A DNA stretch of 64,000 nucleotides from Obrimoposthia wandeli (taxonomy: Eukaryota), in the NCBI GenBank assembly GCA_977020255.1, contig CDROCS010001558.1:372001-436000 (forward strand). The letters run 5' to 3'. Shown here piece by piece: positions 49,063 to 59,460 of this stretch. The translations under genes and the position numbers were made by a program. Numbering within the stretch: position 1 is the stretch's first letter; every line of letters starts with the position of its first letter. The notes beneath the pieces were generated by a model. It was not told where the DNA came from. It made no database searches and saw nothing but the letters and a program-made list of their open reading frames with translations.

Positions 49063-49869
49063 CTGCAATGGGCAATACAGACATGAGCAACAACAAAAAA
49101 TAAATGTCTGCAATATTTACGTGTACAACTTTATTAAATACAAGGGAAGTTATCAAAGATGGAAATCAGATTTTTTTTAAATATTTTAATATTTGTTTTT
49201 GTATCCTAAAGCATTGTGGTTAGCAAAATATTTTCTACCTGTATTCATTATTATCAAATATATTTATTTACTTTTTTATTTGTTCGTTTAAGTTAATATT
49301 GTAACGAATGCAACCGCATTTTTAAAATTGTTATTATTAATAACTTTAAATTATTTTATATTTTTTTTGATAATTATTTTGTCATTGTTATTTTAGAGGG
49401 ATTTATGCATATTTTCTACTTTATTAAACATCAAAGTAAACTCATTATGCATAAATTTATTAATTTGGATTATTTATATTTCTTATGTTTTCGAGAATTT
49501 ATTATTTTAACATTGTTTCTGACAATTATTTTTTGAATTTTTTAAAAACTGGAGAATATTTGTGATTTCCACTTCGATAACTTCCTTTGTTAGTTCAAGT
49601 TGGAAACCTTCCGTGTAGCTGAAATTTTTTCTTTCCGTGGTATTTTTACTGGATGTTAAGTTTTTGTTGTTACTGCTTAATCTCTGTAAGCCCATCTGTG
49701 ATCTATTATACAATTCTGATTCATACAAAATTGATAATATAAAGTGTGTTCAATAAGTAGACTTACAGTATCAAATTAATATAACTCGAAATTCACAGTA
49801 TATAAAGAGTATATGTAGACATTATAATGTTCAAATTGTTTTCCTTCATAATTAATGCATCAGACTATG

Positions 49870-50330
49870 CGAACCCTCAAAGACTGACACACATGGTTGC
49901 ACATTTCATTAGAGAATGCACCTGAAATTTCGTTTTTAAAATTGATCAAGATTGTATTTAGTTCTTGAAAAAATTATGCTTTATACCACCAATAAAAATC
50001 CATTGGAATGAGATCAGGCACTACTGCTGGGCATTCAACTGCACCTCTCCATCCAAGCCAAAGACCTTCAAAACGATCATCTAACCGTGGTCTTACACAA
50101 ACTTATAAATGCGCAGGCGCAGCATCCTGCATGAACCATAAGTTTTGAAAATTTTCCAAAAAATTGAAAAAAAGGTGAAACCAGTCATTTAGCATCATTA
50201 CTTAACTTTGACCTTCCACATTTTCATCAAAGAAATACGGCCCAATTAACCCATCACCGTGAATGGTTCCCAAAACCATAACACCAGGAGTGCTTACTTC
50301 TTTTTTTGAAATTATGTGTGGATTGTATTT
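49870..50330 (-). pseudogene. mariner-like transposase fragment
   Basis: PGVMVLGTIHGDGLIGPYFFDENV...WFMQDAAPAH...PAVVPDLIPMDFYWW. Confidence 0.85.
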
Positions 50331-50978
50331 TTAAAATCTAACTCTAAAGCAAAAACTAATAAGAACTACTGTATGAAAAAAAAGAAACCCCTTTAAATTG
50401 TTCTGTTGGATGCACAAGTTATTAGAGTAAAAAAACATCTGAAAAATATTCATGTGTTAAGGTTGAGAATTAAGAAAATTAAATATTTAGTCAATTAAAT
50501 ACTAAAATAAAAATCCTTGAAAGCAAGGTTGGAAATTAAATTAAATATTAAATTTAGTTTTAGATTTGAAATTAATGAAATTTAGGAAAAAATTAGGAGG
50601 ACCACGAAGGTCGTGTATAGTGTGAAATGTGTATAAAAGTTAGAACTAATTAACTAAAAGGGCAAGAAATTAAAGAAGAAAAAGACTAATTAAGAAAGTC
50701 AAGCAAATAACTATTTAGAATTCCCCAAGAAGTTGATTGACAAGCCGTCAATTAAAGTAAGTCTTTTGTGTGAGCAATTGAACCAATATTGTTTTCAGCT
50801 GTCAAGCTAATCGACAGAATTTGCCTATAAAAGCCGTCGACTTGCCAATAGGACGCACACAGAGAAACTAAACAGAGCAGCACAATATCCCAGGAATCGG
50901 AGCATTAGTAAGTAGAGATTGGTGAATGCAGCCAACTTAATCGATAATTTAGATTTTCCGTATCAACCGGAAAAATCA

Positions 50979-51268
50979 ATATCCCAATCTACCGAGGAAT
51001 AGACCACAAGGCAGCAGATTCCCAGTTATCTCCAGTCTATTTTTCAATCTATTTCCTGATCTCGCCAACTCGAGCAGACTAGACTAGGAGACGAGGATCC
51101 AGTGATTGCGGAGAAAATAAAGGATATCCCAATCTACCGAGGAATAGACCACAAGGCAGCAGATTCCCAGTTATTTTCAATCTATTTTTCAATCTATTTC
51201 CTGATCTCGCCAACTCGAGCAGACTATACTAGGAGACGAGGATCCAGTGATTTCGGAGAAAATAAAGG
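50979..51268. repeat. ~145-bp tandem duplication
   Basis: ATATCCCAATCTACCGAGGAATAGACCACAAGG...GGAGAAAATAAAGG at 50979 and 51124. Confidence 0.9.
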
Positions 51269-51334
51269 TATAAAGACCGAAAATTTAAGGAAGTTTTTGC
51301 CTTTATTGAGTAAAGATAAAATAAAGTTGTCCAA

Positions 51335-52190
51335 ATTAAAAGAAGATTTTGCCCTTCATTTCGTATTGATAATTTAAAGCTTGTCCAAGATAAAATAAAG
51401 TTTTTCCGATTTAAAAGAAGATTTTGCCCTTCATTGCGTATTGACAATTTAAAGTTTGTCCAAGATAAAATAAAGTTTTTTCCGATTTAAAAGAAGATTT
51501 TGCCCTTCATTGCGTATTGACAATTTAAAGTTTGTCCAAGATAAAATAAAGTTTTTCCGATTTAAAAGAAGATTTTGTCCTCCATTGCGTATTGACAATT
51601 TAAAGTTTGTCCAAGATAAAATAAAGTTTTTCCGATTTAAAAGAAGATTTTGCCCTTCATTGCGTATTGATAATTTAAAGTTTGTCCAAGATAAAATAAA
51701 GTTTTTCCGATTTAAAAGAAGATTTTGCCCTTCATTGCGTATTGATAATTTAAAGTTTGTCCAAGATAAAATAAAGTTTTTCCGATTTAAAAGAAGATTT
51801 TGCCCTCCATTGCGTATTGATAATTTAAAGTTTGTCCAAGATAAAATAAGTTTTTTCGATTTAAAGGAAGATTTTGCCCTTCATTGCGTATTGACAATTT
51901 AAAGTTTGTCCAAGATAAAATAAAGTTTTTCCGATTTAAAAGAAGATTTTGCCCTCCATTGCGTATTGACAATTTAAAGTTTGTCCAAGATAAAATAAAG
52001 TTTTTCCGATTTAAAAGAAGATTTTGCCCTCCATTGCGTATTGACAATTTAAAGTTTGTCCAAGATAAAATAAAGTTTTTCCAATTTAAAGGAAGATTTT
52101 GCCCTTCATTGCGTATTGACAATTTAAAGTTTGTCCAAGATAAAATAAAGTTTTCCAATTTAAAGGAAGTTTTCGCCCTTCATTGATTAT
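51335..52190. repeat. 75-bp tandem array, ~11 copies
   Basis: Unit AAAAGAAGATTTTGCCCTTCATTGCGTATTGACAATTTAAAGTTTGTCCAAGATAAAATAAAGTTTTTCCGATTT; highly homogeneous. Confidence 0.97.
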
Positions 52191-53539
52191 TCGATTTTCC
52201 AATTTAAAGGAAGTTTTGCCCTTCATTGATTCTCGATAAATTAAAGTTGTCCAAAATAAAGGAAGTTTTTGAAAATCTATAACTTGAGCTTATTCTCGAG
52301 TTAGAGGAACAACTCTAAAAATCTCGATCCCCCTTAGCGTAAAATCGATACGTGGTTCATCCCCACTTCTTGTAGAGACTCACAGAAGTCCTTTAGGAAT
52401 TTTATCATACTTTTTAGAAATACGTACATAAACGTATTGTGGTGTTAGTTACGTGAATTTTGAATAAACAATTTCCTACATTAGAACAAGTTGTTTTTAC
52501 ACCCTTCAGACTAAGAGACGTCAAATCAAATACCTTCAGATAGTACAAGAGATTAGGCAACCATAAAACTAAGTAGGCCACGACCAACTTTAAGACCTGC
52601 TTCTAATCGAACTCACGTTGGGGTCCTCCGCACATAAGAGGCTCTATACCAAGTTTCGTATAGAAACCCCAACACATGCTTAGAAGTCACCTAAGCTACG
52701 TAATGTTAAACAATTTCTATAGAAATGCCTCTTACGTAAGGGTCTCGAATGTCTAGTGAAAATTTTTGATTATGCAGTTGTATTCTTATAATTATACGAA
52801 CGATACCCAAGTATGGTCATGGACCAACAACGACAATTCAGAGCTAGATTCAGATCAAAGTATTTATCTGCGCTTGGAGGAATGTTTTTAGTGTTCTAGG
52901 CGATACCGAGGAGAAACTGCAGCTGGTCTTCCTTCACGCTCAGCCTATTGTTGAAGGTTTTGCCAAGCACCACGGCTCATTTCGCTAAGTCAATTACTAG
53001 AGCCAGTGACCCCACGATTTGATATGACTCCTCGAAATTCACTTTGCCGTCCCACTCACTGGGATCGACTTTCAAAAATTCTTTCGACAAACCAAGGCAA
53101 TCGAAAAGCTACAGAGTTTACTCCGTAAAGAACTGCACTATCATATTTTCACTGGAACCTGATGCAAAGACCGATTAATTTGGAGTATTGATGTTCCTGA
53201 CCCGTTTGTAAAGAAAAGAAGCTGAGGTGAAGGCAGTGTGAGTTTCCAACCTGGGTGCCGACTGCTCATGGACCAGCTCCAAAGCAACCTCGTATCTCGG
53301 ACTATCCTCGACTTTCTTGTATCAGGCTTCCTTGGGGACGACTTTCCACTTCTAAAGTACACCGTCGACGCGGTCCTCGAATCCAATATACCACAGACAG
53401 TCAGGCACCGGCTGCACCTAGAAGAACTCTTGAACCTCATTGCATATTGAAGACATTGCCTTGGTGTGTGCAATATCAAATTGGTTGTCAAACCCATCAA
53501 ACCCATGTTTTTCTTCTGAGTTTTACTCGTTCTATCGCA

Positions 53540-53760
53540 ACATTTCTTGGGACTGGGCCAGGTGATGTGTAGGCTCATAATTCTGGTGATACAGTGTTGA
53601 GGTAAGTGCATCAGGATCACAGCTTTGTTCCATGTGGCCTTCACTTCTTTGCATGTCTGGCCTGCTGATTCTCGGATGGTCTTCTTGTCTACAGTGTGAT
53701 GGTGTAGGAAAGTAGAAGAGCTAGCTTGTTCGGAAAAAAACTTTGTCCCACGAATACCAG
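53540..53760 (-). pseudogene. N-terminal fragment of an unclassified DNA transposase
   Basis: TIRESAGQTCKEVKATWNKAVILMHLPQHCITRIMSLHITW resembles the recurrent invertebrate transposase N-terminus (ES...V..EV..FW.KA.IP....HCI.K...L...W); superfamily not assigned. Confidence 0.4.
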
Positions 53761-54234
53761 GATTAAATATTCCGATTAAACGTACAGAAAATCCAACAAG
53801 TGGACACCATTGTGTACAGCCGTGGCTAAACATTTACGATCAAAGTAAAATATAAAGAAATTGGACTTAAATAAACATTGAGCTACAACAAATTTCGCAG
53901 CCTTGTTAGTCAATCAGATTTCAATAAATACAGTTCTTGGAAATCGATACCATTCTTAGAAATAGGTTGTTTTCGTTTCCTTGAAAATCAGTTATGGTTT
54001 ACTTACAAAAATGATAGTAATCGATAGTATATTTACACAATTTAATGACGTTTTTTCGGTAATTAGATAACTAAACCTTCATTGAATCAAGCCTGAATTA
54101 TCACCATGTACAATATGTACAAGTATTCTGTGAATGTAATTATAGAAATAATATTAAGATAATTTCAATGACAAAATTTTATAAAATTTACTGATTTCCA
54201 CAAAAATGGTTAACTCTACGGGACATTTACTTAC

Positions 54235-54414
54235 CTTGACGTTGATGTAGTAGTAGTCTTTCTTGATAGTCTTCTCATTCTCATCAGTCGAAGCCTGCAT
54301 TTTTTGTTGGATAAGTTTGTCCTGGAGCAACTTCGTTAGGCAACTTCTGATAGTGGGGTGATCGAGATTCAGCTTCTCCGCCAGATCTTTATCGGTCATG
54401 TAATTGTGATGCAT
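54235..54414 (-). CDS. GTF2E1: TFIIE-alpha exon 2 (winged helix)
   Basis: TCACAG|MHHNYMTDKDLAEKLNLDHPTIRSCLTKLLQDKLIQ...KKDYYYINVK|GTAAGT; matches [28 protein letters not shown]...RHNYYFINY; 180 nt. Confidence 0.92.
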
Positions 54415-54474
54415 CTGTGAATGAAAAAGAAAACGAGGAGGAACATTTATGATTGGAAAATAAGAAAAACTCAC

Positions 54475-54576
54475 TAGTACATTCATAAGAGATAAATGTA
54501 TAGGATCATAAAACACTTTTAAAATTGCCAACAGCATCTGCCGTATCTCCGGATATAATTTAAGTCTGTTATTCAT
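54475..54576 (-). CDS. GTF2E1: TFIIE-alpha exon 1
   Basis: ATG 54576; EIRQMLLAILKVFYDPIHLSLMNVL|GTGAGT matches [24 protein letters not shown]; 60-nt intron to exon 2. Confidence 0.85.
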
Positions 54577-57500
54577 TCTAAAATCTATTTACTTTTAATA
54601 CATTATCAAAAAAATCACACACTTCTTTATTAAATATTTTGTAAAAAACATTAGAAGCTTAAAGTAACTAAATATTGAAAAATGAATTTAATTTCAAGAA
54701 AATCAATCATAAAAGTTTAATTGCAGTTATGTTAAAAATTAATTTGATTTATTAACTGACAATTAAATTTAGTTTGGTACATCCAATGCCAATCATTCAT
54801 TCTTAAACTGAAGTGATTTTAGGATACCACTGGTTTATTTTTGTACTTTGTACCCTGAACTTTTATTTTAAGTTAAATTAATTTAGAATAATTGATTAAA
54901 TTAATTAAGTATCCGCAATTGTTACTATATCGCGATTTATTTACGTGTGTGCGTGGTATAAATTTACATATAAATAATTGTTATCTCCCGGTTTGTATGC
55001 TTTTTTCTATGGTATTTGTATAAATCATTTAGCAATTTTAGTATGATTAGCTGATCCAGTGATTTTATTACTGTTAAACTAGAGATTCGCGACATATCTT
55101 GCAAATTTACTATCACTTTCACTTGATGCACAATCTAAACCTTTGAATACCTCTGGAAGTCTTCGATTTGCTAATCATTTCAGTAACCCTTAAAAATAAT
55201 AAATAGAGAATGCCAAAACAAGTTTATTTTAAATATTAATAATAAAACATGATAAAACAATATAGTGAAACATAAAAAAATAATAATTTAGTATTAGATT
55301 AAAAATCTTTAAAACTATCGATCAGAGTATTTAGTGGAAGAGCATTGTGAAAAGCGCGATTTTAAAAAGTTATGTTTATAACAAAATTAAAAAAGAATAT
55401 ATTACATGTATGAAAAAACTATTTAGATAATAATCTTAGGGAATATTTGATATACAAGAAAATGTTTGCAGTACCCTTCAAATCACTTCGTCAAGCCACA
55501 TTATAGGAACATAGGTTAAAGGCGACTGATCTAATGCATCAAATATTCACATTCATTACTTACTGTTTCGTGAATTCCTCTTGAATGTACGTATTCTTAA
55601 TGTATTGAGCAGGCACACTATATATATATAAAATGATTATATTCTTACGAAAAGTGTTTCAATTGTTTTTGACAGCCAGAGATTATTGTCTTAATCAAAT
55701 TTGTAAAATTCGATGCATTATATAATATTTTTGTAATCTAACTAGCTTGCTACAGTGTTTATGTAAAAAGTTGCTCTACGTTTATTGTCATCTTACATAG
55801 TTTTGTGCTATACTATCTTATATATACTGTACTCCTAATCAAAATTAATTAAATATTCCAGTTTTGAAACTTAATGTCGAAATTTTACAATAAAACGTTT
55901 ATCATCCATTAATAGTCATTTCCATATTACTTCATAACATTTGTATTAACTCGCCATTTACCATTACATTCTATTAAACAAGAACAGATTTAAAAATTAC
56001 ACTATTGTTTAAGGTGAAATCGTTAAATAAATTAATAAAATTGTTATATATTTAAACTAATTTAAATTAACTTTGCACCGTAGAATCATGCCAGTGTCAA
56101 ATTGAGAGCTTTATGTGTTCATATTTTTATCCTACTATAATTGTTATTAAGCTTAAAAATATATTTGAAAATGTACAAATTATTATTTTTATTTGTATTG
56201 AATAGATAATTTATAAATTTAAATGTTACATTTCTTACTCTATATATAAATTTTATCATAAAATAATGTAATGAAGTCTAAAAGTATTTAAAATGTTCAT
56301 TGATAAAAATAATTATTTAAAAAATAAACAATTTGAAAGTTTGCCTCTATATAAAACATTTTGAACTTACTTTCGTTAAATTACCCTAAAATATAAAACC
56401 CATGAAAAAATAATTCTAAAAGCTTCTAATTTAATTTACAACTATATTTAAATAAAATTAAAATTTTAATGTTTTAAATTAAAATTCTATCATTAGATAA
56501 AGTACAAAAATTATAGACATTTTGATTACACAAACGTTAAAGTGTTTTAGGATTAAGAAAACAAAATTTTGTATCAAAGACGAAATAAAAATTATTTTAA
56601 CAAAAGATATAGACCAATTGAAATTAAATTGAAAAAATTAACATTATTTTAAAACAAATAAAAGTGCAATAATTCAGGTCATATTCTTAACTAAAAAATG
56701 TCCCAATATATATAAAATAATATAGTACACGAATAAAACATTTTACATTCGTAAAGTAATAAGATTATCTTTGAAACAATTAAACGAAAACTTAAAATTG
56801 ATTATATAAATAAGTTTCATGTCTTAATAAATATTTAGTTATTTACATTCTTACAAATAAAAAAGAAATATAATTTAATGTTTAAAAGACGCAAAAATAA
56901 TAAATAAACATTGAAATAAAACATTTTGCACTTTAAACATCAGAAAAACAACTAATAAAATGAAAATTTATGGAAATCAAAATTAATAATAATTAGAACG
57001 ACCCATTTCATTATATTTAAGTACATTTCGTTTAAATTTTGAAATTAATTATATATAACATCAGATTCTTCTTTGTTCAAGATTTCTACTTGTTCATCTA
57101 TTTTATTTCCCAGTTCTTCTTATGAAACAACTGAAGTCTATCATAAATGACATATTTAAGTATTTTCAACATTTATACCATCAGGAGATTATAAAGACCA
57201 TTTCAGTAAATTAATATTGTACATTTGAATGACACCAACAACCCGTTTGGCTATGTGAGGCATTGCATTATTATGTTGGTATGTGTAAGGTAGTCCTAAC
57301 GTATCGTTAAAATGTGCTAAAATATATCATTCAAATTACAATTCATATGTTTCATCAAATGAAAATTCCAATAAAAGTTATAAAACCGTAAACCATAACT
57401 CCTCCTTCCAAAATACTCACAAATCTCTTAAACATGTGTTGGGAATTAAAATATTACAATTTAAATTTAAATCAATTTATCAAAGTGCCCACAGTCGAAC

Positions 57501-57591
57501 AGCAATTGTTGTCAGTGATGTCCTAGTTTTATCTTGTGCTTCGCGGTTGGAAAATTGCCCGCGAAGTAGGAGATAACACAGAAGAAATGAC

Positions 57592-58942
57592 TGTTATATG
57601 TAGAATAGTTACGTATGACTAATTTCCAATACTGTGCTTCTTCCAAAAGTCAGCTTCGCAAAATGTTACAACTCTGGGCAATAAATTCGATCTCCAATAT
57701 TGTGCCTCCTCCAAAAGTTAGCTTTGCAAAATGTTACAACTCTGGGCAATAAATTCAATCTCCAATATTGTGCCTCCTCCAAAAGTTAGCTTTGCAAAAT
57801 ATTACAACTCTGGGCAATAAATTTAATTTCCAATATTGCGCTTTTTTCCCAAAGACTAAAAATGCAAATCTTGTTCTGACATATATTTGTAATACTTCAA
57901 TAAATTAGGAAATTTGTTTTTTGTAACAAATCACTATCGACGATTGCTATTTATAGCAATCGCCCAGTCTAAATGCCAAGAGCGGCGGCAGCAACCGTGT
58001 GCTGATTCAATCGACGATTGCTAAAAATAGCAATCGCCCAAAAGGGAAAAACAACAAGTGTTGCCAGACCGGGACCAAATCAGACACACAGGCCCGGTAA
58101 AACAACGTTGGCGAATTTGTGACATATACAAACACACAGATTGCCCAGATAAAATTCGGCACTTAAATTTTTAGAAAATAGACCGAGAAAAGAGAGATAG
58201 GTAGATTATAGCAATTAAAGATTAAACTAAAACATCTAAAAGTAAAATTGATGATATTATGTGTTTGTATATCTCTGAGGTTCCTGGAGTTACACGGAAG
58301 AAGGTGGGTAGAAGTTACACTGACTAGCTTATTGCAACTATGATACACAAAAGTCGACATACAGGCTTCTGGCGAAGAGTTCTTTAGTGACAATTTGTGT
58401 TGGTCATCTTAAGATGAGATGGGCTAGGTCAGTAGAAAATCAGGGTTGTGTTATGCAGAGAAGTAGACAGAGACAAGGACATAGGGTTGCAGCTAGAACT
58501 GTTTCACAACCCAGGCTGCACCGGCACAGGCAGTCACGCAGTCGACCCATTGGTTTTGATGGCAGCGGTAGACTTGGGTTTTCTCGGGTCTGAGGCGTAC
58601 TGGCCAATACACACAGGGGCGGCTGGGCAAGCGGGAAATTTGTTGTCAGGGAGGCAACTGCTTCCGAGCCGGGATGATTGAAGGTTGTTGCCTCTCCGGA
58701 TGATGATGAAGGGAAAAGGTCTGCTGCTACTGGGCGGTAATATTTTTATGATAAGAATCCATTTTATCAACCGCTTTTTTCGCCGCCTTCCTGATGAGCC
58801 TGGCAAGGCGAAACGGGCTAACAACCCGTCGGAGGCTGAAATTTGAAAAACCTCCCTAATTGTGGGCACTTTAGATTAGTTTATAAAATGTCAATTTAAA
58901 TTGACTTTCTTAATTAATTTAATTTTAATTAAAGACCCAACA
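57592..58942 (+). mobile_element. Solo-LTR-like element carrying a hammerhead ribozyme (copy 1, 1351 bp)
   Basis: Termini TGTTATAT...CCCAACA; 4-bp TSD TGAC (57588-57591, 58943-58946); internal 68-bp tandem repeats (57626-57850); hammerhead 112 nt from the 3' end. Confidence 0.85.
58785..58836 (+). ncRNA. Type I hammerhead ribozyme
   Basis: Stem I GCCTTC/GGAGGC; core CTGATGA; stem II GCCT/AGGC with loop GGCA; GAAA; stem III CGGG/CCCG with loop CTAACAA; GTC cleavage triplet (cut after 58830). Confidence 0.95.
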
Positions 58943-59159
58943 TGACTGCATCCTCTATCGATTTTTTCTGCCTATCCAATATTAAGTGAACCACATACAC
59001 ACATGTTATTTTACTGCTTCTATCTTTGTAGTGGTGCCAATTTACTTGTGTGTCTGCAAATTTATGTAATGTCACTTATAATAGAAAAATTAATATAAAA
59101 TTGTTTGGCATAGAGAGATTTGTTATAATTTCTAAAACTACTTTTTTAAATTGCTACAG

Positions 59160-59460
59160 AAAAGAAGAATTATTGCTGATCATATTTATTACTGTTATTA
59201 CAGAAAACAAAGAATATTACTGACCATATCTATTACTGTTATTACAGAATACAGCAATTATTGCTGACCATAATTATTACAGAATACAGAAATTATTGCT
59301 GACCATATTTATTACGGTTTTACAGAAAATAGAAATTATTGCTGACCATTGTTATTGCATTGCTGATTAAAACAGAATTTTAACTGATAATTATTTTATT
59401 GTTATTGCTGATTATTATTTGTTGCTGTTATTACTGAAAACAGAAATTATTGCTAATGAA
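59160..59460. repeat. Degenerate ~40-bp tandem repeat
   Basis: Recurring AATTATTGCTGACCATATTTATTACTGTTATTACAGAA-like units. Confidence 0.75.

Larger units (their letters stand above)
50404..53450 (+). mobile_element. Probable LTR-retrotransposon 5' relic (LTR-like segment, long repeat-rich leader, decayed gag)
   Basis: TG start at 50404, TATA-like motifs, TGG-initiated PBS-like site at 50920, tandem arrays in the leader, gag-like relic EEKLQLVFLHAQPIVEG...LLEIHFAVP...QKFF (52900-53140). The LTR 3' end lacks CA, so boundaries are tentative. Confidence 0.4.

Noticed and set aside
51510-52186. ORFs of 25-aa repeats (RIDNLKFVQDK...)
   Set aside because: Translation of a 75-bp tandem array, broken by single-base indels; not credible proteins.
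54154-54576. Single 140-aa ORF as the TFIIE-alpha N-terminus
   Set aside because: It reads through a 60-nt in-frame intron (54415-54474) and past the donor at 54234; homology supports the spliced model.
57539-57566. 8-bp GC hairpin as a Helitron 3' end
   Set aside because: No downstream CTRR terminus or A/T insertion site.
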